From NCBI GenBank assembly GCA_035293225.1, contig DATDON010000178.1:1-27816 (forward strand): a stretch of DNA of 27,816 nt, in the 5' to 3' direction. This document shows, in pieces, positions 7,696 through 15,919 of this stretch. The first letter of the stretch is position 1, and each line of letters starts with the position of its first letter. The position numbers and the translations under genes are program-made. Origin of the DNA: Candidatus Manganitrophaceae bacterium. GTDB taxonomy: Bacteria > Nitrospirota > Nitrospiria > SBBL01 > Manganitrophaceae. The notes beneath the pieces are model-generated. The model searched no databases. It was given only the letters and a program-made list of their open reading frames with translations, and was not told the DNA's origin.

Positions 7696-8565
7696 CTAGG
7701 GACTTTGGAGTTCCACGGTGGGAGGAAAGAGGTGTCGAGGTTGGAGCGCGGTTTCCAGGCGGTATTTGGTCTGCAGGTCATGCACAGGGATGTCCACCTC
7801 AGCCGCGTCAAATTCAAAATTCAACTCCACCTTTCCGTTCTCCGCCACCGTGATCTGTTGCGCCTGCGGCTTCATGTGCGGATGCCATGCGATCACATCG
7901 TATCTCCCCGACGGAAGGTCCGGGATCGTGAAGCTCCCATCTTGTCCCGTCACCGCAAAATAGGGGTTCCCGACCGCCATCCCCCACGATTGCATATAAT
8001 CATGCACCCCGCACTGCGTCCGAAAGATATAATGCCCCTTCCGAAGATGGACCTCCTTCGCGGCGATCGTCTCAGGCGTCAACGGCTTGTTGAACATCGC
8101 GAAGGTGTAGTCGTCTTTCAAGGTGTATCCCTGAATGTCGTGCGCGATGGTGTCTTTGTTGATCAGGGTAATCCGGTGGTTGTTTCGGACCGGCGCCACG
8201 AACGGGGCGATCCGGCAGTTCTCAACGGTCAACTCCGGCGTGTAGTCGAACTTCTTCCCCTTCTCGACCCCTACCACGGCGACGACGACATCCTGAAACC
8301 CGCCGTCTTCGGCGACTCGGAATTCCTTCAACAGCCGGTTCCCTTTTCCGTCGGAGATTCTTCCGCAGAAATCAAGATTTGGAGAGAAGATCAGGTGGAA
8401 GATCCGCGAGGGAGGCGGGGGGGCCTTCAGGAAAACCTTTCCCGCGACGACCCCCTTGGAGGTCACCGTGATCTCTTCGTACCCAAAAACGGCCAACGGA
8501 CGACCCGCCGTAACGGCAGCCCAAATACCCGCGGCAACGATCCATGTGACGAATCTTGGTCTCAT
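7696..8565 (-). CDS. Exported cupredoxin-like domain plus carboxypeptidase-regulatory-like (transthyretin-type) domain protein
   Basis: Start reassigned to MRPRFV (GGAGGAG RBS). Signal peptide; IAHD plus QCGVHDYM (H...C-x2-H-x2-M); C-terminal NPYFAVT..DGSFTI.DLP.G.Y...AWHP. Confidence 0.83.
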   Translation of the reverse strand: MRPRFVTWIVAAGIWAAVTAGRPLAVFGYEEITVTSKGVVAGKVFLKAPPPPSRIFHLIFSPNLDFCGRISDGKGNRLLKEFRVAEDGGFQDVVVAVVGVEKGKKFDYTPELTVENCRIAPFVAPVRNNHRITLINKDTIAHDIQGYTLKDDYTFAMFNKPLTPETIAAKEVHLRKGHYIFRTQCGVHDYMQSWGMAVGNPYFAVTGQDGSFTIPDLPSGRYDVIAWHPHMKPQAQQITVAENGKVELNFEFDAAEVDIPVHDLQTKYRLETALQPRHLFPPTVELQSP

Positions 8566-8576
8566 CTCCTCCTCCC

Positions 8577-9503
8577 TCAGCAATAGGGCGCTTCACAACT
8601 CTCCAGGTGATCGTGGGGACGCGCTTCGGGACCGACCCGAAATTTCTCCTGGCTTTCGTATTGCGGCCGGACCACCTGACTGGAGTCAAATTCAAAGTCC
8701 ACCGTGACGGCCCCGTTGGCCGAGACGGTCACCTCTTGTTCAATCGGTTTAAGATGGGGATGCCAAGCGGTCAGCTTATAGGTTCCGGGAGGCAATTGAT
8801 CAATCACAAATTCCCCCCCTTTTTTCGTCTTCGCGTAATAAGGATTATCGACCACGAATCCCCAGCTCTGCATGAACTCATGCATCCCGCAGATCATCTG
8901 TGAGATTCTTTTTCCGGATTTGAAATGAAGAACCCCCCCTCTCGGCTCGGTTGAAACGGGGAGCGGGAAGTTTAGAATGATATTCCCCCTTTCATTTTGA
9001 AAGACCTGGCCGTTATGGATGATCGGGTCTTTGTTGACCACCGAGATGGGACGATGGTTTTCCAAAACCATCACCAAAGGGTGCTCATGACGCAGTTTTC
9101 CTCCGGGAGCGGTTGAGAATTGCTCGCTGGACGGGACATCCGCAGGATGAAACATGCAGTCGACCGCGACCAATTCGTTTTTGATGTGTGGAAAGGGCTT
9201 CCCTTTTTTAACCCGTTGCACCGCCACGATGGCGTCCTGCATTCCGCCGTCGGAGGAAACGGCGAATTCCTCGAGACGGATGTTTCCCTGCCCATCCGAT
9301 ATTTTTTTGCAGAAAGGCCCGAATGGGTAGAGAACAAGGGGAAAGACGCGCGGTTCCGGGATCGCCCCTTTTAATTTGACCTTTCCGTTGATCGATCCGC
9401 CGTCCTCGACATTCATCTCTTCATAACCGAAGGCGACGCCTGTAAACATCGCGAGAGCCCCGACCCAGAACAAGCCCATCGCCAGAAGACTTGATTTCTT
9501 CAT
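8577..9503 (-). CDS. Exported cupredoxin-like plus carboxypeptidase-regulatory-like domain protein (paralogue of 7696-8565)
   Basis: Signal peptide; IIHN plus ICGMHEFM; NPYYAKT..GGEFVIDQLPPG.Y...AWHPH; C-terminal tail HDHLESCEAPYC. Confidence 0.83.
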   Translation of the reverse strand: MKKSSLLAMGLFWVGALAMFTGVAFGYEEMNVEDGGSINGKVKLKGAIPEPRVFPLVLYPFGPFCKKISDGQGNIRLEEFAVSSDGGMQDAIVAVQRVKKGKPFPHIKNELVAVDCMFHPADVPSSEQFSTAPGGKLRHEHPLVMVLENHRPISVVNKDPIIHNGQVFQNERGNIILNFPLPVSTEPRGGVLHFKSGKRISQMICGMHEFMQSWGFVVDNPYYAKTKKGGEFVIDQLPPGTYKLTAWHPHLKPIEQEVTVSANGAVTVDFEFDSSQVVRPQYESQEKFRVGPEARPHDHLESCEAPYC

Positions 9504-9523
9504 GTTGATACTCCCATCATAAG

Positions 9524-9563
9524 AAAAATCAGGACAGGGAATTTTCCCCCTGTCCTGATTTTT
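9524..9563 (-). terminator. Intrinsic terminator hairpin between the oxidase gene and the cupredoxin genes
   Basis: Perfect 16-bp inverted repeat AAAAATCAGGACAGGG-N8-CCCTGTCCTGATTTTT. On the minus strand the GC stem is followed by TTTTTCTT; the T tract on the other side makes it potentially bidirectional. Confidence 0.75.
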
Positions 9564-9588
9564 TAAATCATGCTATTTCCGCGATCCG

Positions 9589-12500
9589 CTATTTATGGAG
9601 CAGGGACATGGGCCCGGGGACTTCATCTTCCGTTCCGGTCGCCGTCTTAGTCCCCGGCGAACCGCTATTCAGCGGGAGAATCCTCCGGTCTCCTGCGTCA
9701 AGCACCCGCAGGTACCCCCACTGCCCCGCCGCCGCGTAAGGCATCCGATGATTCTGCCAGACATAGTCTCCCGGGATACGGAACGGCCCGCCGGCCCCCT
9801 CTTTTAAATAAACATCAAGTTGCTCCGACCCGCCGAATTGAAGGCTGCTGAGCATGTCGGCGCCCTCCATGTTCGGTTTAAACGGCCATTCATGCCCTTC
9901 GATGCTGAAGATCTGGTTCTGCTCGTTGAACGCTCCGAAGACATGGATCCTCACCGGATCGCCGGCGTGCGCCTGAATCACCGGCGTCGCCAGACCGCTC
10001 TCTCCCGCGACACAGGCGGTGAACATGTTTCCAGGCTCGCACCCTTGTTCCTCCCGGTAGAGCCACGGCTCGCTCCGGTAGTTCACCCCGGTCAATCCCC
10101 CGATCTGTTGAATGTACGGCATAAAGGAGGTCCCGATGATATTGTCCTCGTCCTGGAAGAAAAGGGAGGCGTCCCGGAAGTCGGACCGATTCGTGTTTTC
10201 CGGAATCGATCGATCGATGATCACATCCGCCTGCCAAGCGTTCTTCAACGAAACATCGTCCCCCGTCATCGGATCACGATATTTCGATCCCTTCGGCCCG
10301 ACGACGATCGCCCCAAACAGCCCGTCTCTCACGTTGTTGATGAAGTTCCCCCAGTCCCACACCAACGCCGCCGTCTCCCCATATTGCGGATGGGCGTAGA
10401 AGGTGTAGGTCCGGCTCTTTCCCGGCGCCACCGTCTGATCCCCGGGGTTCATCCCGACATTGACCCCATGCGAATCCTTTGGGTCAAAGGCGAGCATGTC
10501 GGCGCTGAACGAGGCGTGGCTCCCTTTCATCTCGTTCTTGAGGTTGATCTTAATACAGTCTCCGACGTTCACATGCAGGGTCAGCGGCATCGGCTGGAAT
10601 CCGTCCGTCGCCACTTTCGACTTCTCCCCTTCGAGCATGTAGATCTTCCCGCTGGGGTTCGCCACCTGCAGTTTCCGGTCAAAGTCGACCTCGATCAGGT
10701 CGGGCGCCTTGCTGTTGAACTTCAAGGCGCGGTCGGCGGCGATGACGTTGAAGCTCTTTACCGGCGCGTCCGCCGGGCAGACCGACTTCGCCGACGCCGG
10801 GATTTCATCCCGACCCGGGAGCTTCTTCAGATCGGGGGTCTCCTTGTCCAACACCCGGACAATCCCCCAACTCCCTTCCGAGAGGTGAGAGGCCCGGCCG
10901 TTATAATGGAGGTAATCCCCGGCGATCTGCTGGGCGCCTCCCGCTTTGGTGACCAGATCATACCGCTCCGCAATCCCGACATGATGGGCGTTCCGGAAGT
11001 CCGATTTCTCGGCGTACCGCTCCGTCCGGAAGGCGTGTCCGGCGATATGCCACACGTGGCTCTCGTTCATTAACGTATGAAGGAGCCTGAACACCATGGT
11101 GTCCCCCAGATAGGCCCGAAGGAGCGGCGTGCTCGGATCTTGATGGGCCTTGCTGGAGAAGATAAGGGTCGGATCCGGGTTCATCTTCAGCCGTCTCGCG
11201 ACCGATTCCGCCCGGAAGTTGAATCCCCCTCCGGTGGTGTGGGTCCCGCCGTTGATCATCTTCACCGCGATCTTATCGAGGTTATACGGCATCTGGAACG
11301 AGAGGGTCTGGCCGGCGTCGATCGCGACTTGGATCGACTGCCCCGGTGGATTTCCTTCGGTGACGACCTGCGCCGTGGTCGGCACGGTATCGTGCGGCAT
11401 CACCACCATCTCGCGGAAGCTTCCGTTTACCCCGTACCCGATCGGCTCGATCGAGCGAATATCGGCGATCGGGCCGCTCCGGACCGGCGCCCCGGTACTG
11501 GGATTGTGGTAGGTTGAGCCGACCGGCTCCACGATCATCGCCCCCACCCCGCCGTGCGGCCAGGTGGTAGCGCCGAAGGCGTGGTCGTGCCAGAAGACCG
11601 TTCCGATATCGGAATCGACCCAGTACCGCTCCCGGATAAACTCCACCGATATATTCTCCCCTTTTCTGTGGGCATGCTTTAACGGAGCGTTAAACGTGAT
11701 GGTGTCTCCTTTAATGTTTTTGATCCAAAGGATTTCAGCGCTCTTGACCTCATCGGTCCCAACCATCAAGTCGGTCCCGACATGGTAAGGGGTCGCCCCT
11801 TCGGCCATCTTGATCTTGATGCTCGTCGCCCCCGCCTTCGCATCCTCCGTCAAGAGGGCGTTCATCGGGGTCGGCAGGCCTTTGTGTTTCTTCTTCTCCA
11901 TCTGCGTGAACGGCCGGACCGACTGCTCGTAGGAGAAGCCGGTGATTACGCCGTCGGAGGATTGGTTGTCGAATTGGATGAAGTGGGGATGAATGTTGAT
12001 CTTCGACATCTGGAAGTTGGTGGTGTCGTTATCCTCCCATTCGCTCGTCAGGATCATGTCAACGCAATCATAGACGTTGGCGCGATAAACGAGCGGGATC
12101 GTCTTTTCACCGGCCGGGTTGGCCCGGACCTCCGCCTCTTCCTCGTGGAGGACATAGAGAAGGCCGTCGGGATCGACAACCGGTTTCTCTTTCCCCAGCC
12201 CTTTGCTTAACTGAATCGGGGTCTGGATGAAGTGAATCGAATATTGCTTTCGCCCCGCATTTTCAGGGCAGAGGCTCCATCGCCCATGCTCCCCTGGTTT
12301 GGCGGGCTGATTCGTCTCCTCACCCGGCGCTCCCTTCCCACCCGGATCGGTCGGCAATGCCCCGTTTTCTTTCATCATATGGATCGGCTCCAACCACGGC
12401 GCCGGACCATGATGACGGGCGAACGGAACCCGCTTCCCGAAGTGCGGCTTGAAATGCGGCCAGGCCAACTTTCCGGTCTTCGCTTCGAAGAGGAGTGGAG

Positions 12501-14478
12501 GCCGCTTGCCGGGTATCGGCGATTTGTACTTCGGATTGTCGAACTTTCCGGTCGCCTCCGGCTCTCCAAGGGCTTTATTTCCGTCCCAGGTCCAGTCCCA
12601 CACCGTGGCGTCGTAGGCGACGATCTGCCCCTTCTCATCCGAGGTATGGCCCGGCTGTCCGGCCGGCGGGAGCATCATTTTCACCCAATCCTTGACCGAC
12701 ACATCCGGAGTCGGCTTCGACCAATCCGATTTGTCTTTTGTAATGTTCCATTTCTTGTCGAACCAGTCCATCGTCCGGCCGACAAGATTGTCGGAGGTGA
12801 CCGCCGGCTTCATCCGTCCCTTCCGGTCGGGAAGCTCCTGCAACGGCGGCATGACGTCGGTGCTGGCCAAGGGATAATTCCCGGATTGAATGGTATTATA
12901 AACCCGCCAGTAACCCCACATGCCGGCGACATAATGGTGCGCCACATGGCAGTGGAAGAGAAAGTCCCCCGCCAGCTGCTGACAAAGACCCGAACCGCAT
13001 TCCGTCTGAAGATCAAGCACCTCGGAAGGGCCGATCACCTGGACATCGACCCGGTCGGAGGTCGTCCGGACCTCGGGATATTTCACCGGGCCGTTTCCCG
13101 CCGCGGTCATCAAGAAATCTCCCTTGCCGTCGGCCTTCGGCTGACGCAGCCAGCGGATCGTCCCGCCGTGGGGATGGTGGGAATGGAAGACCTCTCCCCC
13201 CCCGTGTACCAGGCGGAACTTGGCCGGATCCCCCATGTACGACCGGGGGATGGTGGTGGGAGCGTCGCCGAAGGTATAAGAGCTGTACGACATCGACTCG
13301 TCTTCAAAGTGGAAATATTTCTCTTGAACGGCGAGGTTGTTGACCCCGAACGGCTCGCTCCGATAGTTCATCGCCCGGGCGGAGGGACGGTAGGCGTCGG
13401 TGTTCGGATCCCGTTGCGGTATCATCTCTCCCTGCCGGTTCAACGGCCGGAACGACTCGTCCCCGATCTCATGGTAGATGAGGACGAATTCCCTGAAGTC
13501 GGGGCGGTTCGGATCTTCGATCATCACCTGCCAGCCGCTCTTGGTCTCCTTGCCGGTGATCGGATCAAGATAACGGGAACCGATCGGTTCAACGATAAAG
13601 GTCCCGATCATCCCAAGGCTTGATTGCTCCCGCCCGACATGGCTGTGGAACGCGTGCCCCCCCTCCTGCTCATCCGGCCGAATGTACCATTCAAAGACCT
13701 GCTTTTCGCCCGGCTTGACCGTGGACTCCGGATTGGCGATGGTGGCGGCCTTACCGCTGGCTCGCACAATGGCGCTTGAACCGTGGATATGAAGGCTCAC
13801 ATCTTCGCCGTCCAGTTTATTCTGGAGGGTCAAGACGATACAATCCCCCTGATTTCCGCGAATATTGAGCGGCTGGATCAGGTCGGTCTGAAGACCGTTT
13901 GAAACCGCGCCCGGATCATATCCCGGTTTGGCCCTCGCCTCTCTATTCTTCTTCTCCTCCTCCCGGACCTTCTCAAGGTTCTCGGTCAGAACATACATAT
14001 AGCCCGGATGGTAGTCGAGCCACTGGTTCAAGGTGACCTCCACGTTGACGGCGGAGACATCATATTCTCTCACCGAGGCGTTTTTGGGGCAGCGGCCCGC
14101 CGCCGCCACGCTCTCGCTCGCGCCGGTCGGACCGAGGAAGAAACTCCGGTCCATCTGCTGCATCATCGCCATCCCGCTGAAAGGCCCCGTCTCCCCGGCA
14201 TGACCGTCGTGGCCTTTGCTCCCTTTGGAGATCTCCTCCATCAGCTTATTCATCGCCGCTTCCACCTTGTCGGCATGCCCGGCGCGGCCTTCCATCTCAT
14301 CTTCCCTGGCAAGCTGGGCTTTAAACCGCTCTTCCCATCCCGCCGATGAGGCCGCCTGAGCGTCCGGGGCGCTTCCGTGGGCATGGTCGTCTCCTCCCGC
14401 GATCGCCCACTTTCCGGTTGAGACCGCCAGCAAGATTGCGAAGATCACATTTAAACAATTTCTCTTTGAGATTTTCAT
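9589..14478 (-). CDS. Large exported multicopper oxidase, six cupredoxin domains, MnxG-like
   Basis: Signal peptide; H230xH232, H278xH280, H432xxH435xH437, H509-C510-H511..H515..M520 (complete type-1 site), H830xH832, H964xH966 and H1141xxH1144..H1148, followed by degenerate motifs. Substrate cannot be determined from sequence. Confidence 0.9.
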   Translation of the reverse strand: MKISKRNCLNVIFAILLAVSTGKWAIAGGDDHAHGSAPDAQAASSAGWEERFKAQLAREDEMEGRAGHADKVEAAMNKLMEEISKGSKGHDGHAGETGPFSGMAMMQQMDRSFFLGPTGASESVAAAGRCPKNASVREYDVSAVNVEVTLNQWLDYHPGYMYVLTENLEKVREEEKKNREARAKPGYDPGAVSNGLQTDLIQPLNIRGNQGDCIVLTLQNKLDGEDVSLHIHGSSAIVRASGKAATIANPESTVKPGEKQVFEWYIRPDEQEGGHAFHSHVGREQSSLGMIGTFIVEPIGSRYLDPITGKETKSGWQVMIEDPNRPDFREFVLIYHEIGDESFRPLNRQGEMIPQRDPNTDAYRPSARAMNYRSEPFGVNNLAVQEKYFHFEDESMSYSSYTFGDAPTTIPRSYMGDPAKFRLVHGGGEVFHSHHPHGGTIRWLRQPKADGKGDFLMTAAGNGPVKYPEVRTTSDRVDVQVIGPSEVLDLQTECGSGLCQQLAGDFLFHCHVAHHYVAGMWGYWRVYNTIQSGNYPLASTDVMPPLQELPDRKGRMKPAVTSDNLVGRTMDWFDKKWNITKDKSDWSKPTPDVSVKDWVKMMLPPAGQPGHTSDEKGQIVAYDATVWDWTWDGNKALGEPEATGKFDNPKYKSPIPGKRPPLLFEAKTGKLAWPHFKPHFGKRVPFARHHGPAPWLEPIHMMKENGALPTDPGGKGAPGEETNQPAKPGEHGRWSLCPENAGRKQYSIHFIQTPIQLSKGLGKEKPVVDPDGLLYVLHEEEAEVRANPAGEKTIPLVYRANVYDCVDMILTSEWEDNDTTNFQMSKINIHPHFIQFDNQSSDGVITGFSYEQSVRPFTQMEKKKHKGLPTPMNALLTEDAKAGATSIKIKMAEGATPYHVGTDLMVGTDEVKSAEILWIKNIKGDTITFNAPLKHAHRKGENISVEFIRERYWVDSDIGTVFWHDHAFGATTWPHGGVGAMIVEPVGSTYHNPSTGAPVRSGPIADIRSIEPIGYGVNGSFREMVVMPHDTVPTTAQVVTEGNPPGQSIQVAIDAGQTLSFQMPYNLDKIAVKMINGGTHTTGGGFNFRAESVARRLKMNPDPTLIFSSKAHQDPSTPLLRAYLGDTMVFRLLHTLMNESHVWHIAGHAFRTERYAEKSDFRNAHHVGIAERYDLVTKAGGAQQIAGDYLHYNGRASHLSEGSWGIVRVLDKETPDLKKLPGRDEIPASAKSVCPADAPVKSFNVIAADRALKFNSKAPDLIEVDFDRKLQVANPSGKIYMLEGEKSKVATDGFQPMPLTLHVNVGDCIKINLKNEMKGSHASFSADMLAFDPKDSHGVNVGMNPGDQTVAPGKSRTYTFYAHPQYGETAALVWDWGNFINNVRDGLFGAIVVGPKGSKYRDPMTGDDVSLKNAWQADVIIDRSIPENTNRSDFRDASLFFQDEDNIIGTSFMPYIQQIGGLTGVNYRSEPWLYREEQGCEPGNMFTACVAGESGLATPVIQAHAGDPVRIHVFGAFNEQNQIFSIEGHEWPFKPNMEGADMLSSLQFGGSEQLDVYLKEGAGGPFRIPGDYVWQNHRMPYAAAGQWGYLRVLDAGDRRILPLNSGSPGTKTATGTEDEVPGPMSLLHK

Positions 14479-14669
14479 AACCTCTCTCCTTAATCCTCGG
14501 TTAGTAACGACTTTTATTATTTTATTTTTTGCTTAGATTTAAACTGATATTTTCGGCCTTGGTTCCAAATTAGAACAACTTCGTTTTTAAGTTGAAATGG
14601 AAATCATCCGAATGCGGGACGCAGGTGGTCTTCGAGGTTAATCCGCGCTACTTCTATGAAATTGGGGTG

Positions 14670-14698
14670 AATCTAGCATGTGGAATGAGGTGTGTCAA
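14670..14698 (-). promoter_or_regulatory. Sigma70-type promoter of the oxidase gene
   Basis: Minus strand TTGACA-17 bp-TAGATT with extended -10 (TGc). Implies a 5' UTR of about 185 nt. Confidence 0.7.
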
Positions 14699-14704
14699 GT
14701 ATTT

Positions 14705-14718
14705 TTTACATCTGTCAA
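14705..14718. promoter_or_regulatory. FNR/Crp-like near-palindrome TTGAC-N4-GTAAA
   Basis: One mismatch from TTGAC-N4-GTCAA; lies just upstream of the -35 element. Confidence 0.35.
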
Positions 14719-14732
14719 TCTTTTTTTACGTT

Positions 14733-14750
14733 GTGTAAGCATGCTTACAC
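14733..14750. promoter_or_regulatory. Perfect 18-bp palindrome GTGTAAGCATGCTTACAC (operator candidate)
   Basis: Self-complementary over 18 bp; core TGTAA-N6-TTACA; about 35-50 bp upstream of the -35 of the oxidase promoter. Confidence 0.55.
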
Positions 14751-14839
14751 TTGTCCATTAAAATTTACAGGATCAGGCGCAAGAGAGGAGATCAGAGCAA
14801 TAGGGAATCAGATCCCTCTTTAGGCGACCCATCACGATG

Positions 14840-15232
14840 TTAATTAGGAAAGCCGACCTTGAGGGTGACCCGGCTGTTTTTAATTTTGGGAAGAAAAGAG
14901 CTGATGATATATGAATCAGAAATAATCTCTATTTTTTGATGAGGATCGATATATCTGTTCGCCACTGCCCTGGCCGCCGGAACATTTTCAGCGTCTAAAA
15001 GATCGTAATAGACATAGACCCGTTTTCGCCGGTCGGAGTTGTTTCGGACGGTGGCGCGCCAAACGAATTTGGTTTTACCGATCAACCCCCAGACTTCGTC
15101 GGGACGCCAATCATGGCTTAAGACCTCCAGGTCTGAAATATCCCGACCTTCCGCTCCGGCAAGGCAAAGGGGGGTTCCCCCCAGGATCATCAGGAGAAGG
15201 AAAAGCGCCGAACACGCGTGTCGAACGTCCAA
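14840..15232 (-). CDS. Exported beta-rich (Ig-like, FxLYD-reminiscent) protein
   Basis: Start reassigned to TTG 15232 (AGGAGGA RBS). Signal peptide; alternating beta-strand pattern, e.g. VRNNSD...VYVYYDLLD. Confidence 0.68.
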   Translation of the reverse strand: MDVRHACSALFLLLMILGGTPLCLAGAEGRDISDLEVLSHDWRPDEVWGLIGKTKFVWRATVRNNSDRRKRVYVYYDLLDAENVPAARAVANRYIDPHQKIEIISDSYIISSFLPKIKNSRVTLKVGFPN

Positions 15233-15338
15233 TCTATCCTCCTGCGGCGATTTAAAGCAATCGGACGGCCATGCTTGTTCCATCCCGAAAACGAGCGGCG
15301 CGGAATCCGACGGAAGCGGGCTCGCCGGGTCGAATCTT

Positions 15339-15899
15339 CTATCGGCTTTCCTCCCGTTTCTCGCTTCCCATTCCGAAAGGGAGCTTTTTCTCCTTCATGG
15401 TGGCAAGCCGCCGGTATAGGTCTTGAAACTGATCTGTGGAAAGCGCAGGATCCGACAACCGCGCCAGATCTTCAGGGCTGACCGGAATCCAGGAGATTTC
15501 GGCCAAGTCGGTCGAACCGATTTTGATCCAATGGTGCGGCAAAATATCCTGCATAATGAGCCGTTCGATCCCTCGATTATATGCGATCGCTTCGCGGATC
15601 GCCAGCCGGGCCTCTTCCGCCGAGACACATTTGCCGATACCCATGTTGGCGGGAGGGTCCAAGAAGGGAAAAATTTTAACTCGGACCTTCATCGATTCAC
15701 GCCCCTCTGTGAACGAGCGCTTCACCTCTTCAACACGGTCTTTCCATTTTTTAGAAAGAACTACCTCGACGATCGTCGGCTTCTCCCGGTTCTCCGGCGC
15801 GCCGCAGTTATAAACCGTTTGCGCCCGGAGGATATCCGCGCTCCCCAGCGCCAAGAAGACAATCCAGCAGATTAAAAAAAATGTCCGAGACATGCCCAA
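15339..15899 (-). CDS. Exported protein of unknown family (paralogue of 7146-7691)
   Basis: Signal peptide ending LRA; shared motifs with the 181-aa ORF; two Cys in the mature part. Confidence 0.8.
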   Translation of the reverse strand: MGMSRTFFLICWIVFLALGSADILRAQTVYNCGAPENREKPTIVEVVLSKKWKDRVEEVKRSFTEGRESMKVRVKIFPFLDPPANMGIGKCVSAEEARLAIREAIAYNRGIERLIMQDILPHHWIKIGSTDLAEISWIPVSPEDLARLSDPALSTDQFQDLYRRLATMKEKKLPFGMGSEKREESR

Positions 15900-15919
15900 A
15901 CCCCTTCCGATAAACCTAA

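Noticed and set aside
9820-13623. Long plus-strand ORFs (9820-11073, 11077-11517, 12232-13623) opposite the oxidase
   Set aside because: Antisense shadows of a GC3-biased gene; Arg/Pro/Gly-rich translations with no motifs. The same applies to 319-894, 2879-4126, 7705-8586 and 16520-17086.
14600-14660. GAAGTAGC...CGAAGACC in the oxidase 5' UTR, vaguely like the Mn-sensing yybP-ykoY riboswitch
   Set aside because: The matches are short and too close together, and the required four-way junction cannot be drawn. An Rfam RF00080 search would settle it.
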